64,000 nucleotides of DNA from a virus. The translations under genes and the position numbers were made by a program. Positions 39,266 to 50,260 of the stretch are shown here, piece by piece. Where the stretch lies: IMG/VR virus record IMGVR_UViG_3300027749_000070, positions 1 to 64,000 of that record. One strand, given 5' to 3'. The notes beneath the pieces are model-generated. The model made no database searches. It had not been told where the DNA came from and saw only the letters and a list, made by a program, of their open reading frames with translations. The first letter of the stretch is position 1. Each line of letters starts with the position of its first letter.

Positions 39266-40915
39266 ATGTTAAAAGATAAATTATTAGTAAATGGAAAATT
39301 TGATAGTAGGACAAAAGAAGAATATATTAAAAAACATTATCCTTTATATTATCAAGAGATATTAGACTTTGTTATATTATATAAATTTGAAAATTTTGAA
39401 TGGAAAAGAAAATTATATCATTATATGTATGATATTAAAAATATACCTATATGTGTATGTGGTAATGAAATAAATTTTAGAGGTAGAATAGAAAAAATCT
39501 ATAACGATTTTTGTTCAACAAAATGTTCAGCTATAAATGTTTCAGTTAAAAGAATGGAAACATTAGAGAAAAATAACATGGAAAAATATGGTGTTAAAAA
39601 TGTTTTTCAATTAGACTCAGTTAAACAAAAAAGCAAAAATACTTGTTTAGAAAAATATGGTTTCGATAATCAAAACAAATCAGTTATAATAAAGAATAAA
39701 ATAAAGGAAACTAATTTAAAAAAATACGGAAGTGAATATTATATGGGTAGTTTGGATTTTATGGAAAAATCTAAAACAACATGCTTAGAAAAATATGGCA
39801 GTACTCATCCTATGAAAAATTTAGATATCAAAGAAAAGTTAAAAAATGTATTTATAAAAAAATATGGCACTAATACTATTTCAGAAAATGATAAATTTAG
39901 AAAAGATAATTTTTGTATAGCAAAAAATATAAATTATATTAAATATATTGGAAATCGTATTTCTCTATTTAAATGTGATTTAGGAAAAAACCACGAGTTT
40001 GAAATATCTAAAAATATTTATATAACTAGAACAAAAGCCAATAATCCTTTATGCACTATTTGTTATCCTATATCAGAAAATAATTCAATAAAAGAATTAG
40101 AACTATTAAGATTTATTCAAGAAAATTATAAAGGTGAAATTTTACCTGGGTGGAGAGGTCAACTAGAAATAGATATTTATTTACCCGAATTAAATATAGG
40201 ATTCGAATTTAATGGACTTTACTGGCATTCAGAAGAATATAAAAAAAATAATTACCACTTAGATAAAACATTATTTTTTAAAGATAAAGGCATAAAGATT
40301 ATACACATATGGGAGGATGATTGGGATAACAAGAAAGATATAATAAAAAGCCAAATTATAAATTATTTAGGATTAACAGAAACGAAAATATTCGCTAGAA
40401 AATGTCAAATTAGAGAAATTATAGATTCGTCTAATTTTTTAGATACTAATCATATTCAAGGAAATGCTAAATCTGTTATTAAATTAGGGTTATTTTATAA
40501 TAATGAGTTAGTTTCTGTTATGTCATTTGATAATTTTGAAGGTAGAAAGAAGATGGAACAAAGTGGATGGAATTTAAGCAGATTTTGTAATAAAATAAAT
40601 TATAATGTTATTGGTGGTGCAAGTAAATTATTAAATTATTTTATTAAAACTTATACCCCATCGAGAATAATTAGTTATGCTGATCGTAGTTGGTCTGAAG
40701 GGAATTTGTACTACCAATTAGGATTTAAATTGGTAAACGAAAGTAAACCAGATTATAAATATATCGTTAATAACGTTAGAGAAAATAAAACAAAATATAA
40801 AAAATCTAAATTAATTAAAAACGGATTTATAGGCACAGAAAAAGAAATAACAGAAAATCTTGGTTATAAGAGAATATACGATTGTGGTAAAATTAAATTT
40901 GAATATATCTTATAA
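39266..40915 (+). CDS. Hef-like homing endonuclease (KYG repeats, Vsr-like nuclease, C-terminal GNAT-like domain)
   Basis: About five KYG repeats; EIDIYLPELNIGFEFNGLYWHS; FARKC...HIQG...SRFC...GGASKLL...SYADR. Confidence 0.75.
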   Translation: MLKDKLLVNGKFDSRTKEEYIKKHYPLYYQEILDFVILYKFENFEWKRKLYHYMYDIKNIPICVCGNEINFRGRIEKIYNDFCSTKCSAINVSVKRMETLEKNNMEKYGVKNVFQLDSVKQKSKNTCLEKYGFDNQNKSVIIKNKIKETNLKKYGSEYYMGSLDFMEKSKTTCLEKYGSTHPMKNLDIKEKLKNVFIKKYGTNTISENDKFRKDNFCIAKNINYIKYIGNRISLFKCDLGKNHEFEISKNIYITRTKANNPLCTICYPISENNSIKELELLRFIQENYKGEILPGWRGQLEIDIYLPELNIGFEFNGLYWHSEEYKKNNYHLDKTLFFKDKGIKIIHIWEDDWDNKKDIIKSQIINYLGLTETKIFARKCQIREIIDSSNFLDTNHIQGNAKSVIKLGLFYNNELVSVMSFDNFEGRKKMEQSGWNLSRFCNKINYNVIGGASKLLNYFIKTYTPSRIISYADRSWSEGNLYYQLGFKLVNESKPDYKYIVNNVRENKTKYKKSKLIKNGFIGTEKEITENLGYKRIYDCGKIKFEYIL

Positions 40916-40938
40916 ATTATTGAAAATAAATTTATAAA

Positions 40939-40965
40939 AAAAGACGGTGTTTAACACCGTCTTTT
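40939..40965. terminator. Bidirectional terminator
   Basis: aaaagacggtgtt-t-aacaccgtctttt between convergent genes. Confidence 0.85.
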
Positions 40966-40995
40966 ATTATAAATAAAACAAATAGTCAATTATAT

Positions 40996-42387
40996 CTAAG
41001 CTCTATCTTTAAGTGACTGTAAATCATCTAATCTTTTTTGATTATCTTCTATTTGTTTTTGCAAATCTTTTATCTTAGCGTTTTCTGTTGATAACTCATT
41101 TGTATAAGCGGTTTCTGCTTCAGCGTCTGTCTTTGTTGTATCCACCATATAATTTGTTTTAAATTCTATTTTACCAGCTGGTGTATTTAAGCTATTATAT
41201 TTTGTATTTAGTTCATTAAGTTGCACAGTTTGTTTTTTCATTTCTACCACTATATTACTTGTACCATTAATTGAACTAGCAAATGCACCTGTTGCTTGCT
41301 CTGGATCTCCATTAGCGTTATTTTCTGTATTATTAGTTGTTGTTGCTACTGAACTTATATTAGCTAACTGATCTGTAAAAAGTTTTACAGATTCACCTAA
41401 TACGACTTTTAATCCTATTAAAATAGCACCAGCTGGTCCAAGTGCAACTAAATCTAAAGCTAATACTGCGGCATCTAAAGCTACAATACATTCAGCCATT
41501 ACATTTAAAAACTGTAAAAGTGGATTGATAAGATATTTATACAATGCAATTAAAACTTCATCAGGTAATACAAAATGTATTTTTGGAATTGGCGGAACAC
41601 TTACTTTAACTGGAACTTTTATTGGTGGTGCGCCATTAATAGCAGGCGTTTTTACTTTTGGTGCGGTAACTTCCGCGATCGCACTACCAACAAGTCCAGT
41701 AGTAATCTCATTTAGAGATGTTAAAACATGAACTGCAGCCAAGGAATCTTTTAATATTGTATTTAATAGATGTGAGGTATTATGCAATGTTAATGCTATA
41801 TGTGCGGCACTAAAAGGATTAGCAACAAATAAAGGTGCTGGCGGAATTGCAATTTGTGGAGTGACAACAGCGGTCATACCATTTATAGCTTGTGTAACTG
41901 CTTTTGGGACTTTATCAATCATTTGTTTTACACCACTTTCTATTTGTCTTATTTCTCGTCTTATTTCTTTTTTTAAATCATTTATAGTATCTTTAATCAT
42001 TTGCCTTATATCCATAGGCTCATAATCACCACCATAATATACCATATCTTCTGTCTCGGTTAAATATGCGGTATATCCAGGATTAGGTTGCTTAACGTAT
42101 TCACCGTCAGTAAAAATATAGATATTATCAGCCTCTAAATCTTGTCCCCATAACATTAAATTTAATTCCCTATCAGTTAATTGTGGATTGGTGTTATATG
42201 ATAATATTTTTTTAGCAACTTGCCTATGCGATAGCATATTTAGATCCATAAACTTTAATAAACCAACAACTTCACCATCAAACATATTGACTATTTTATC
42301 AAGAGCCATAGTTTTTAAAATAGCATCTGTATTCTTATCTGCTAAATCAGTTTGTTTTTTAAGTTCTTTTTTAGATTTTTCTGACAT
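40996..42387 (-). CDS. Hypothetical tail/baseplate-associated protein
   Basis: Directly downstream of gp5-like gene; hydrophobic helices and a coiled-coil C-terminus. Confidence 0.45.
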   Translation of the reverse strand: MSEKSKKELKKQTDLADKNTDAILKTMALDKIVNMFDGEVVGLLKFMDLNMLSHRQVAKKILSYNTNPQLTDRELNLMLWGQDLEADNIYIFTDGEYVKQPNPGYTAYLTETEDMVYYGGDYEPMDIRQMIKDTINDLKKEIRREIRQIESGVKQMIDKVPKAVTQAINGMTAVVTPQIAIPPAPLFVANPFSAAHIALTLHNTSHLLNTILKDSLAAVHVLTSLNEITTGLVGSAIAEVTAPKVKTPAINGAPPIKVPVKVSVPPIPKIHFVLPDEVLIALYKYLINPLLQFLNVMAECIVALDAAVLALDLVALGPAGAILIGLKVVLGESVKLFTDQLANISSVATTTNNTENNANGDPEQATGAFASSINGTSNIVVEMKKQTVQLNELNTKYNSLNTPAGKIEFKTNYMVDTTKTDAEAETAYTNELSTENAKIKDLQKQIEDNQKRLDDLQSLKDRA

Positions 42388-42413
42388 AATTTAATTAAGT
42401 TTGATTATATATT

Positions 42414-43901
42414 TTAAACATATGTACCTCCTGAACTCTTGATATTATTAATATCTGCTTGTGTGAAATCTCCTTGATATGCTTTGGATATTGGATTTTC
42501 AGTTAAAGGATTTTTCGTTTTGTATTCAGGATGATATTCCCAATGCCACCATTCATCTGTTCCAGAATTATCTCTTAATTTAGCTGGATTAACCCATCCA
42601 TATCTCCAACCATTATTTAAAAACCAAATATAATTTGGATGTTTATAACCAGAAGGTCTTTTATTATTATCTTTAAACATAATAGTTCTTACACCCCAAT
42701 ACATATCGACAGCAATTCCCCATCCATGATTAGATTTACCAGGAGTTGCAGCTCTACCAGCACCGTATTTAGAATACAATGCTTGTTGCCTCACATAACT
42801 TCTATAACCGTCAGTAAATACAATTTTTTGTTTACCAGTAAATGTGGCGGCATTAAAAGCTGCTAACATCAAATCTAATGCATCAGAAGCCTCTGATAAT
42901 AAATACGAAGAATCACCATCTAAATTTTTAGATAGATTACGATTTAGTTTCATTTTAGTAATAGGTATTTGACCATTACTAAAACCATTTACGCCGGATA
43001 TAGTCTGCGGTGAACCAGTTTGCTGCTCAGTAGCAGCCTCACTTGTTATAGTGTTAGCAAAATTATCATTAGGTACAGAATTACCTTTAGTAACTGGTCT
43101 ACCAGTTTCAGGTCTAACCGTTGGTGTATAAGGAGGATTAGAAATAGATGTTAAATCATTTGAAACTGTTGTTGATTTCCAATTATCACCTTGTTGATTA
43201 ATATATTCTCTAGATTGTTCCAAAACTTCATCATTATTAACTAACCAAACATTATTTGATAAAAACTTTGGTGTTCTAGAAGATTTATACTCAACCAATA
43301 TATCTATCAAGGCAGGTGTGCAACTAACAGGTGAACTACCTGATACAAGTGCAGTATTTGATTTTAAACAATCAATTAGCTTGTCTAACCATTCCATATA
43401 TGCTGTTCCAAGAATTGCTGCTTGTGCCGCATCTGGTGAGCCTATATTTACTTTTGAATCATTATCTCTTGCATTAAGATTTATATTACCATTTGAATCT
43501 AAGTTAATGTTTGAATACTCATGATCTATTTTTAAACCTTCGCTAGTAGTTCTATAAACCTGTGTTGATTGATCAAAATGAATAGCTTTAAAACTCGCAT
43601 AATCATCATCTGATAATGAATTTAATTTGGTTTCTAAATTTATATTATAATGTTCGGCGTAAATAAATTCAGGTTTATAAATAGTGCCACTATTAAATAT
43701 AACACCAACTACTTTACCAACTTCGGGAGCATTAAAAGTATTTCCATTAACATCTTTATAAGGCATAGCCCATGGTATATCAGCGGTAGGTATGTTATCA
43801 AAAATAGTTTGAACTCTAACTTTAACTCTACCTAAATGTTTTGGGTCTTTATTATCCTCAACAACACCAACATATAAATCATTACCTATTCTTGTTATCA
43901 T
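42414..43901 (-). CDS. gp5-like baseplate spike with C-terminal M15 (VanY-like) peptidase
   Basis: GVVEDNKDP..LGRVKVRV...PWA.P OB-fold; GYRSY..Q, PGKSNHGWGIAVD, EWWHWEY. Confidence 0.85.
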   Translation of the reverse strand: MITRIGNDLYVGVVEDNKDPKHLGRVKVRVQTIFDNIPTADIPWAMPYKDVNGNTFNAPEVGKVVGVIFNSGTIYKPEFIYAEHYNINLETKLNSLSDDDYASFKAIHFDQSTQVYRTTSEGLKIDHEYSNINLDSNGNINLNARDNDSKVNIGSPDAAQAAILGTAYMEWLDKLIDCLKSNTALVSGSSPVSCTPALIDILVEYKSSRTPKFLSNNVWLVNNDEVLEQSREYINQQGDNWKSTTVSNDLTSISNPPYTPTVRPETGRPVTKGNSVPNDNFANTITSEAATEQQTGSPQTISGVNGFSNGQIPITKMKLNRNLSKNLDGDSSYLLSEASDALDLMLAAFNAATFTGKQKIVFTDGYRSYVRQQALYSKYGAGRAATPGKSNHGWGIAVDMYWGVRTIMFKDNNKRPSGYKHPNYIWFLNNGWRYGWVNPAKLRDNSGTDEWWHWEYHPEYKTKNPLTENPISKAYQGDFTQADINNIKSSGGTYV

Positions 43902-43904
43902 CTA

Positions 43905-45821
43905 TTATCTTATTAAGTGATTTTTTATCCAATCAGCTAAATCATATTGCCAGCCGTCTGCCCCAAATTCTTCATTATAAGAACCAAGAACTCTAGTAGT
44001 TGGTGTTACGAAATTATTCAATGAACTTTCAGCTTCATTTGTTGTCCAATCTTTCAAATCATATTCCCAACCATCTGGTCCAAAAGTTTCATTATAATGT
44101 CCAAGAATTTTAGTAGTTGGCGTTATTTGTTTTATTCTGTTAGTAGGTAAGTTAGCATATATCCAACCATCAGTAGCAAATTTACCACTATAGTTTCCAA
44201 AAGTGGTAGTACTGAGTGCTACTTCAAATGGTTGATGATTAAGTAAATAAGCAGAGGTGCTATATTGGAAACCATCACTTACACTACCATTTCTATCAGT
44301 TAAAGAAGCAAAATTATAATTACCTTCAATTTTAGTAGTTATATTACTACCAGCATTACCCAAAGCTGCACTTAAAGTATTATTAAAACTATTTAAAGTC
44401 TTATTCAAATAATAAGCAGCTTTGTTATAAGTATAACCGTCATCTGTAAATCCAGATAATATACTACCAAGTAATATACCACCTAAATTAGAAAGAGACA
44501 TACCATATTGAGCTGATAGATTATCAAGAGTTTTTTTAAGTAATTTATCTCTTAAATTGACTTTTATACCTGAATTTGAACCATAATGGATAGATTGAAG
44601 TGGATTTAAGTCATATGTAGCTACATTAGCAGTAATTGTAGAACCAATAGTCGCATTTTGTGTCTCAGCGGAATCTACATAGGTTAAGTCATATACTCTT
44701 GTAGAATTGCTTGTTAAATTAAAAGATCCATTATTTAAAAATGCGCTATCTTTAATTTGTGAAACAATTGCATTATTAAAATCATAAGTTTTTAGCCACT
44801 CAAATTTTAAAGTAGAAAATTTAAAATTTATCTTCAAGTCAAATCCAGCTGATATATCCAATGCTGACATATCAATAGCATCATCATGTGATAATTTTTC
44901 AAAGAAAAATTGGCACTCATATACTTTATAAACATATCTAGATATTAAATCTGCATATTCAATAATATTTCCATTATCATTGTAAAGTCTGGTATATTTT
45001 CTTGCTTCGGTAACAACTATATCCATATCAAACCTTAATAGATTATCAGGAAACATTTTTTTACCATTAATTCTTGACCAAGTCAATATTCTATAAATAG
45101 AAGCTAAATAACCCATATTTATATTAACATCTTCATTTAATGTTAATGTTAAATAATCATTGCCATAATCAACAAATTGTTTTGGTTTATCCGAATTAAT
45201 AGTTTCAGATAAAGAATCTAAACCACTAATTTTTTTCAAATAATATGTCCTAGCTAAACGTTGATTATTATAACCAAGTGAACCAGGTGAGTCTACTTTA
45301 AAAAATTTAAATAATTGTTCTTTAAATTGTTTAACTAAATCCATTCTAGAGCCTAATTCAACATAACTTTTTCCAAACATATCAATAAACTCTTCTATAC
45401 CACCATTAAATAAAGGCGATGTTGCGTAATTTATTATAATATCATATCCAAAACTAACAGGATCCTCATTATCACTAGGTGTGTTTTGAAAGTTAGATAG
45501 TGATCTATAAGGATATGATGCATTGCTATCCTCTAAAAAGTGTCTAAATAACCATTCGTTTAAATTATCACGATTTAAATAATCATTATGAATATCTTTT
45601 AAAATAGACTTTATACCGCTACCAGTGCCATCACTAGTTAACTTACCAATTAATTCACTAACACTTACATCAAGTGGTTGAAGCATTAATCCAGTGTATT
45701 GTGTTCCACCTAAATTGAGTTCACTATCAAATTGATTTGTAAAATAATTTTTATTACTGACACCAAATGCAGCATCGATAGTACTAGTTAGAGAATTAGA
45801 TAATGTATTTAGTAAGCTCAT
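43905..45821 (-). CDS. Tail/baseplate structural protein
   Basis: Located in the baseplate cluster; YYLKKISGLD...P.NL.RFDM pattern; duplicated C-terminal DGWxYDLxDW repeat. Confidence 0.45.
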   Translation of the reverse strand: MSLLNTLSNSLTSTIDAAFGVSNKNYFTNQFDSELNLGGTQYTGLMLQPLDVSVSELIGKLTSDGTGSGIKSILKDIHNDYLNRDNLNEWLFRHFLEDSNASYPYRSLSNFQNTPSDNEDPVSFGYDIIINYATSPLFNGGIEEFIDMFGKSYVELGSRMDLVKQFKEQLFKFFKVDSPGSLGYNNQRLARTYYLKKISGLDSLSETINSDKPKQFVDYGNDYLTLTLNEDVNINMGYLASIYRILTWSRINGKKMFPDNLLRFDMDIVVTEARKYTRLYNDNGNIIEYADLISRYVYKVYECQFFFEKLSHDDAIDMSALDISAGFDLKINFKFSTLKFEWLKTYDFNNAIVSQIKDSAFLNNGSFNLTSNSTRVYDLTYVDSAETQNATIGSTITANVATYDLNPLQSIHYGSNSGIKVNLRDKLLKKTLDNLSAQYGMSLSNLGGILLGSILSGFTDDGYTYNKAAYYLNKTLNSFNNTLSAALGNAGSNITTKIEGNYNFASLTDRNGSVSDGFQYSTSAYLLNHQPFEVALSTTTFGNYSGKFATDGWIYANLPTNRIKQITPTTKILGHYNETFGPDGWEYDLKDWTTNEAESSLNNFVTPTTRVLGSYNEEFGADGWQYDLADWIKNHLIR

Positions 45822-45847
45822 AAATTATATATTAAACAATTGGTTGT

Positions 45848-47971
45848 TTAAATGAAATATTTTCTCATCTCATTCCAATTATTGATTTTATCTTTATAAC
45901 CATTATATCCATTTATTGCTAAACAAATAGGTGTAAAGTTACTCAGATTATTATTATTTATAGTTTTAGAAAAATTATCGTCTAATTTATAACCATAACC
46001 AAGTTCGGCAGCACTCGAATCTTTATTAGGTACAGTATAGAGTCCATAAGTAGTAGATTGATTAATATCCATTTTGTCCGCGTAATCATTTAAATTACCC
46101 CAAGTGGAAAGTTTTAAATAATAAATTAAACTAACCTCTATACAATTATTTAACTGCTCCACCGTATCACTACCTAAAATATGCGTTTTATTGTCCGCAG
46201 CCACTAAATTTGGATTATTAACAAAATCTTTATTCATCAATTGTCCGGCAGTTGTATATTTATTTTTTCCTAAAATTTTAATTAAGCCTCTACCAATATA
46301 TTTTGGCCCATCTCCATCTACATTTCCTAAATCTGCTCTATTATTATATTGTATACCAGAAGTTATCTCTTCGACTTCTTGTAAAAAGTTAGATTCTATA
46401 TTTACTTGTGATAAAAAAGTAACAATACGAACTGGAGTATCCATTTGATACCTCTTTAATAAAGCAACCATAGATTCATACATCAATTCAATAACTTTTG
46501 GATTAATTTTTCCATTATAAATTAATCTCCATATTTGTTTACTTAAAATAAAATTATCAGGTGGAGCAGTAGCAACACTTGTAACACTTGAAGTACCAGG
46601 AATTGGTGGATTACTACGCTCTACTAACATAACTTGATCTGTGTTAGTAACAGTGTTTGGTAAATCTGGATGATTTATTGGTGGTTCATTTTCCAATTCA
46701 TCTGGTGATAATTCCAATTCTCTTTTAATTAGTTTAATTTTTTGAACATATCTACGTTCAGAGTATTCAAAAGATATATCAACAATTAACCAATCACCAG
46801 TTAACCGATTATTAATTAAATCAGATGATGGAGTTGAAGTTTGATTTGATACAAATACTTTTATTTTTTGATATCTATAAACAGCATAATTTGGATTTCG
46901 CATAGTGATTTCCAATACTATTTTTTGCATATCAAAAAGGTTTTTATCATTTTGAATCGTAGCAAAGTTATAATTATTATGGCAATTATCCGAATCAAAT
47001 TTACCTAAATAATAATAATTAGTATTTAAATCATAGAATCCATCATCTTGTGGTTGTGATTTTAAAATTATTTTATCTTGATTTTTATCTGTTATAGAAT
47101 GCACATCAAAAACTAAAAAATCTTTTTTTAGTTCATCATAGTATTTTACCGTATTTTTATATCCAGATTGCAATGATATATTAGTTGAATTATTTATTAT
47201 TTTATAAGCTTGGAAATAATTATTATTATCAAACATAGAATAATCATTTGTTAATAACAAACTTTGTACACTTTCCGTACTTATTGTTTTCATTGCTTCA
47301 CCTAATGATTTATCAGTAACTCCCAATTGATCATCAATATTTCTATCTAATTCTTTTGCAATATCCACATAGTTAAGATTATAATAATAATCTATAAAAT
47401 ATGTTAAAAACGATGAATCTGATTTATAAGCTGCCTCAACTATCTCGTCAATAAAATCATAAACATAATTACCACAATTTATCCAAGTCATTGCATCATC
47501 GGTATTATCAATATTAGTATTAAATCCAAGACCACATTCTTTACATATTTTCTGTAACGCTTCATAAGAAGTCATATTAGAATAAGAGCTATACTGACTT
47601 ACAAGTAATGGACTAACATCTAAAACACCACTTATATTATATACACCACCATCTACCGAAAAATTAATTATTTTAAATTGTATTAAAATTTCTTTTAGTT
47701 GATCTGATTTTGGATTAATAAATACTTTAATTTTAGAATCATCTAAAGGCATGCCTTTATCTTTCATCAAATTTAAAGTATCATAGAAAGATATACTCAA
47801 ATACGGCATACCGCCCTTATAATATAACCTAAAAGTACTAATATTTTGAACATCTATTTGATAAGAACCATAATAAATAAAGGGTATATTACCTAAATTG
47901 CTAGCCACTTCCTGTTTATAAGGCGTAGGGTCAGTATTTAAAATAGGAGTTGAATTTTGATTTGGATCCAT
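45848..47971 (-). CDS. gp27-like baseplate hub fused to GH19-like lysozyme domain
   Basis: Hub-like N-terminal part ending LTGDWLIVDI; FLSQVNIES...GDGPKYIGRGLI...INGYNG. Confidence 0.7.
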   Translation of the reverse strand: MDPNQNSTPILNTDPTPYKQEVASNLGNIPFIYYGSYQIDVQNISTFRLYYKGGMPYLSISFYDTLNLMKDKGMPLDDSKIKVFINPKSDQLKEILIQFKIINFSVDGGVYNISGVLDVSPLLVSQYSSYSNMTSYEALQKICKECGLGFNTNIDNTDDAMTWINCGNYVYDFIDEIVEAAYKSDSSFLTYFIDYYYNLNYVDIAKELDRNIDDQLGVTDKSLGEAMKTISTESVQSLLLTNDYSMFDNNNYFQAYKIINNSTNISLQSGYKNTVKYYDELKKDFLVFDVHSITDKNQDKIILKSQPQDDGFYDLNTNYYYLGKFDSDNCHNNYNFATIQNDKNLFDMQKIVLEITMRNPNYAVYRYQKIKVFVSNQTSTPSSDLINNRLTGDWLIVDISFEYSERRYVQKIKLIKRELELSPDELENEPPINHPDLPNTVTNTDQVMLVERSNPPIPGTSSVTSVATAPPDNFILSKQIWRLIYNGKINPKVIELMYESMVALLKRYQMDTPVRIVTFLSQVNIESNFLQEVEEITSGIQYNNRADLGNVDGDGPKYIGRGLIKILGKNKYTTAGQLMNKDFVNNPNLVAADNKTHILGSDTVEQLNNCIEVSLIYYLKLSTWGNLNDYADKMDINQSTTYGLYTVPNKDSSAAELGYGYKLDDNFSKTINNNNLSNFTPICLAINGYNGYKDKINNWNEMRKYFI

Positions 47972-48012
47972 ATAAAATATATTTTATTATATATAAATTG
48001 TATACCTTTTTA

Positions 48013-49227
48013 TCAAGACATATCAAAAGATATTGGACTTGGTTTTATTGTAGGTCCAAAAATATTAGTCATTGAAGACACTTGACCTGTAGTTGCTATT
48101 TGGGTAGTTGGGTCTTGCCCAGTTCTCTCTAATCTACTTGTTTCTTGTGTTGGTATAGTAGTAGTTGCCACAAGTGGTGTCATTGGTGTTGAGTTAGGAC
48201 CATAACCATTTATTAAATTAAGTTGTACTATAACACGTTCATAAAAAAGTTTCGCATAAGCACCTTTACTACCAGAACCAGATACTTTACCACCCATATT
48301 TAATATACGACTTTGCAAAGCAGAAGGTGATGAAGAAGCATTTATTTCATTATAATTACCACTATTTTTGTTATGAGTATATACAGCATAGTTAGCCACT
48401 GTATAATTTGTTCTCAAAAACAAAGTGTCCCATTGAGCATTTGTTGACATGGTTAAAATTTTATCCTCATTATTACCATATGCTTTCCATTGTTTTTGAA
48501 TTTCTAAAATAGAATTATCATTACCTGTATAACTTAAAATAAATTTAATTAAACCTTTATAATTTGGTCTACTTGTAGTTTGTATCAATCCTCTACCTCT
48601 AAATTTAAAGAAGTCTGCTTCAATTAAAAATCCATTTGATTTGCCATTAGAAGAAGTTTCATCTTCTAAATTTAGTCCAGAAAATCCTAATGGGAAAGTA
48701 TTTGTTTGCCAACTTGTATTAGTAGTATTTTTTAAAATATTTGCCAATCCTTTAGTGCCATGTGCTACAATATAATCACTATCATGAAAACACTTATACG
48801 CAGAATAATTACCAGAAAGTGTATTATATGATCTTTTAGAACCACTATTTGTTCCATATTCATAAACAATGCCTGGACTAACTTTATTACTTGAGCTATT
48901 TATAGTCTCAGAGACAGGCTTAAAAGAACCACCAGTTTCATTTGTCATTATTGAATTCATGCAAATAAATTCAACTAAATTAATAGAATTTCTACCAAAA
49001 ATTAAAGGCAAATTTGACCAAATAATTTCCCAAGTTGTCTTATTAATAGAGTAATCTTTAGATTTACCATTTTCATTTTTTTGCCAAGGTGAGGTTTTTG
49101 ATATATTACTATTAAACCACTCAGCAAATCCAGCAAATCCAAATTTACGAAAAAAATTATCTATATCTACATTTGAAGTAAATGTCTGTGAATTAAAATT
49201 ACCATATTGTGAATTATCTTGACTCAT
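48013..49227 (-). CDS. GH19/lysozyme-like protein
   Basis: NETGG and FRGRGLIQTTSRPNY. Confidence 0.6.
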   Translation of the reverse strand: MSQDNSQYGNFNSQTFTSNVDIDNFFRKFGFAGFAEWFNSNISKTSPWQKNENGKSKDYSINKTTWEIIWSNLPLIFGRNSINLVEFICMNSIMTNETGGSFKPVSETINSSSNKVSPGIVYEYGTNSGSKRSYNTLSGNYSAYKCFHDSDYIVAHGTKGLANILKNTTNTSWQTNTFPLGFSGLNLEDETSSNGKSNGFLIEADFFKFRGRGLIQTTSRPNYKGLIKFILSYTGNDNSILEIQKQWKAYGNNEDKILTMSTNAQWDTLFLRTNYTVANYAVYTHNKNSGNYNEINASSSPSALQSRILNMGGKVSGSGSKGAYAKLFYERVIVQLNLINGYGPNSTPMTPLVATTTIPTQETSRLERTGQDPTTQIATTGQVSSMTNIFGPTIKPSPISFDMS

Positions 49228-49291
49228 TTATTATTTCATTCATTTTTTCTAATATATCTTCATTATATTTTATAATATAAAGTGGTAAAAT

Positions 49292-49759
49292 TTATGTGTT
49301 TCCTCCTAAAACTATTTTATTACCTACTATTTTAACGGCATTTTTTGGTGTTTGTAAGAATGTTGGTGGTAAAGCTAAATTATTACCAACATAATCATTT
49401 CTATTTGGATCTTGTTGTGAAATTTTATTTGCATTAAGATAAGTATTTCTAACTGCTTTTGCGGTAGTTTCGTCTAAATGGAAATAACTTATTTGTTCTT
49501 GACTTACATATAGTATGATGTCATTTTCCATTATATTTAATGGATTATCAATATCATTTAGGTCTAATAAAAAATCACAATAATCAATAGTGCCATAAAT
49601 ATCATTACAAATAGAATCAATTCTCATTTGATGATATCCATTAACAGTATATTGGTACATTGTAAATCCACTATAATATTTATATGTAGCATCAAAGAAA
49701 TTATATAAATTGCTTTGTGCTATATCTTTTTTTAAATTGCTAATATCATATAACTCCAT
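49292..49759 (-). CDS. gp53-like baseplate wedge protein (LysM-like)
   Basis: YTV....MRID.IC..IYG......LL.LN.IDNPLNI. Confidence 0.75.
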   Translation of the reverse strand: MELYDISNLKKDIAQSNLYNFFDATYKYYSGFTMYQYTVNGYHQMRIDSICNDIYGTIDYCDFLLDLNDIDNPLNIMENDIILYVSQEQISYFHLDETTAKAVRNTYLNANKISQQDPNRNDYVGNNLALPPTFLQTPKNAVKIVGNKIVLGGNT

Positions 49760-49781
49760 AATAATTTATATATTAATTATA

Positions 49782-50174
49782 CTAGTAGTCTCTTATAATT
49801 TGACTGTGGCTAAATTTAGATAAATTACCTAAAACATCGTCTAGTAATTCTTGATCTTTTCTAAATTCGTTATAGAAAACAAGTACATTAAATTCATTTT
49901 CTTCTCCAAGAATTTTTTTAATATTTAATAATTTATCAATTGAAAATTCCGAATCAAAATCAGGAATATAATAAATATCTTTTTTCTTTTCCATAGCTTG
50001 TTGAATCTTTTGAAAAATTAAAATCTTTAAATAAGTTCTCTCCTTATCTAATTCAATTTCCTCTTCTTCTTGGATTTTTTTTAAGTCAATGATATATTTA
50101 TTTTTGATATGATTAACCTTTATCATTTTATCAAGTTTTTTCCTTGATTTTACATATACACAGAAAAATTTCAT
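49782..50174 (-). CDS. Hypothetical protein
   Basis: 130-aa ORF with late promoter at 50192. Confidence 0.55.
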   Translation of the reverse strand: MKFFCVYVKSRKKLDKMIKVNHIKNKYIIDLKKIQEEEEIELDKERTYLKILIFQKIQQAMEKKKDIYYIPDFDSEFSIDKLLNIKKILGEENEFNVLVFYNEFRKDQELLDDVLGNLSKFSHSQIIRDY

Positions 50175-50260
50175 TAAGTTTAATTTTTCAGTATATATTA
50201 GATGGTATTTCCTCTCCTACAAACCATATATTTATTAATATATAAAGAAAAAGTTTATCA

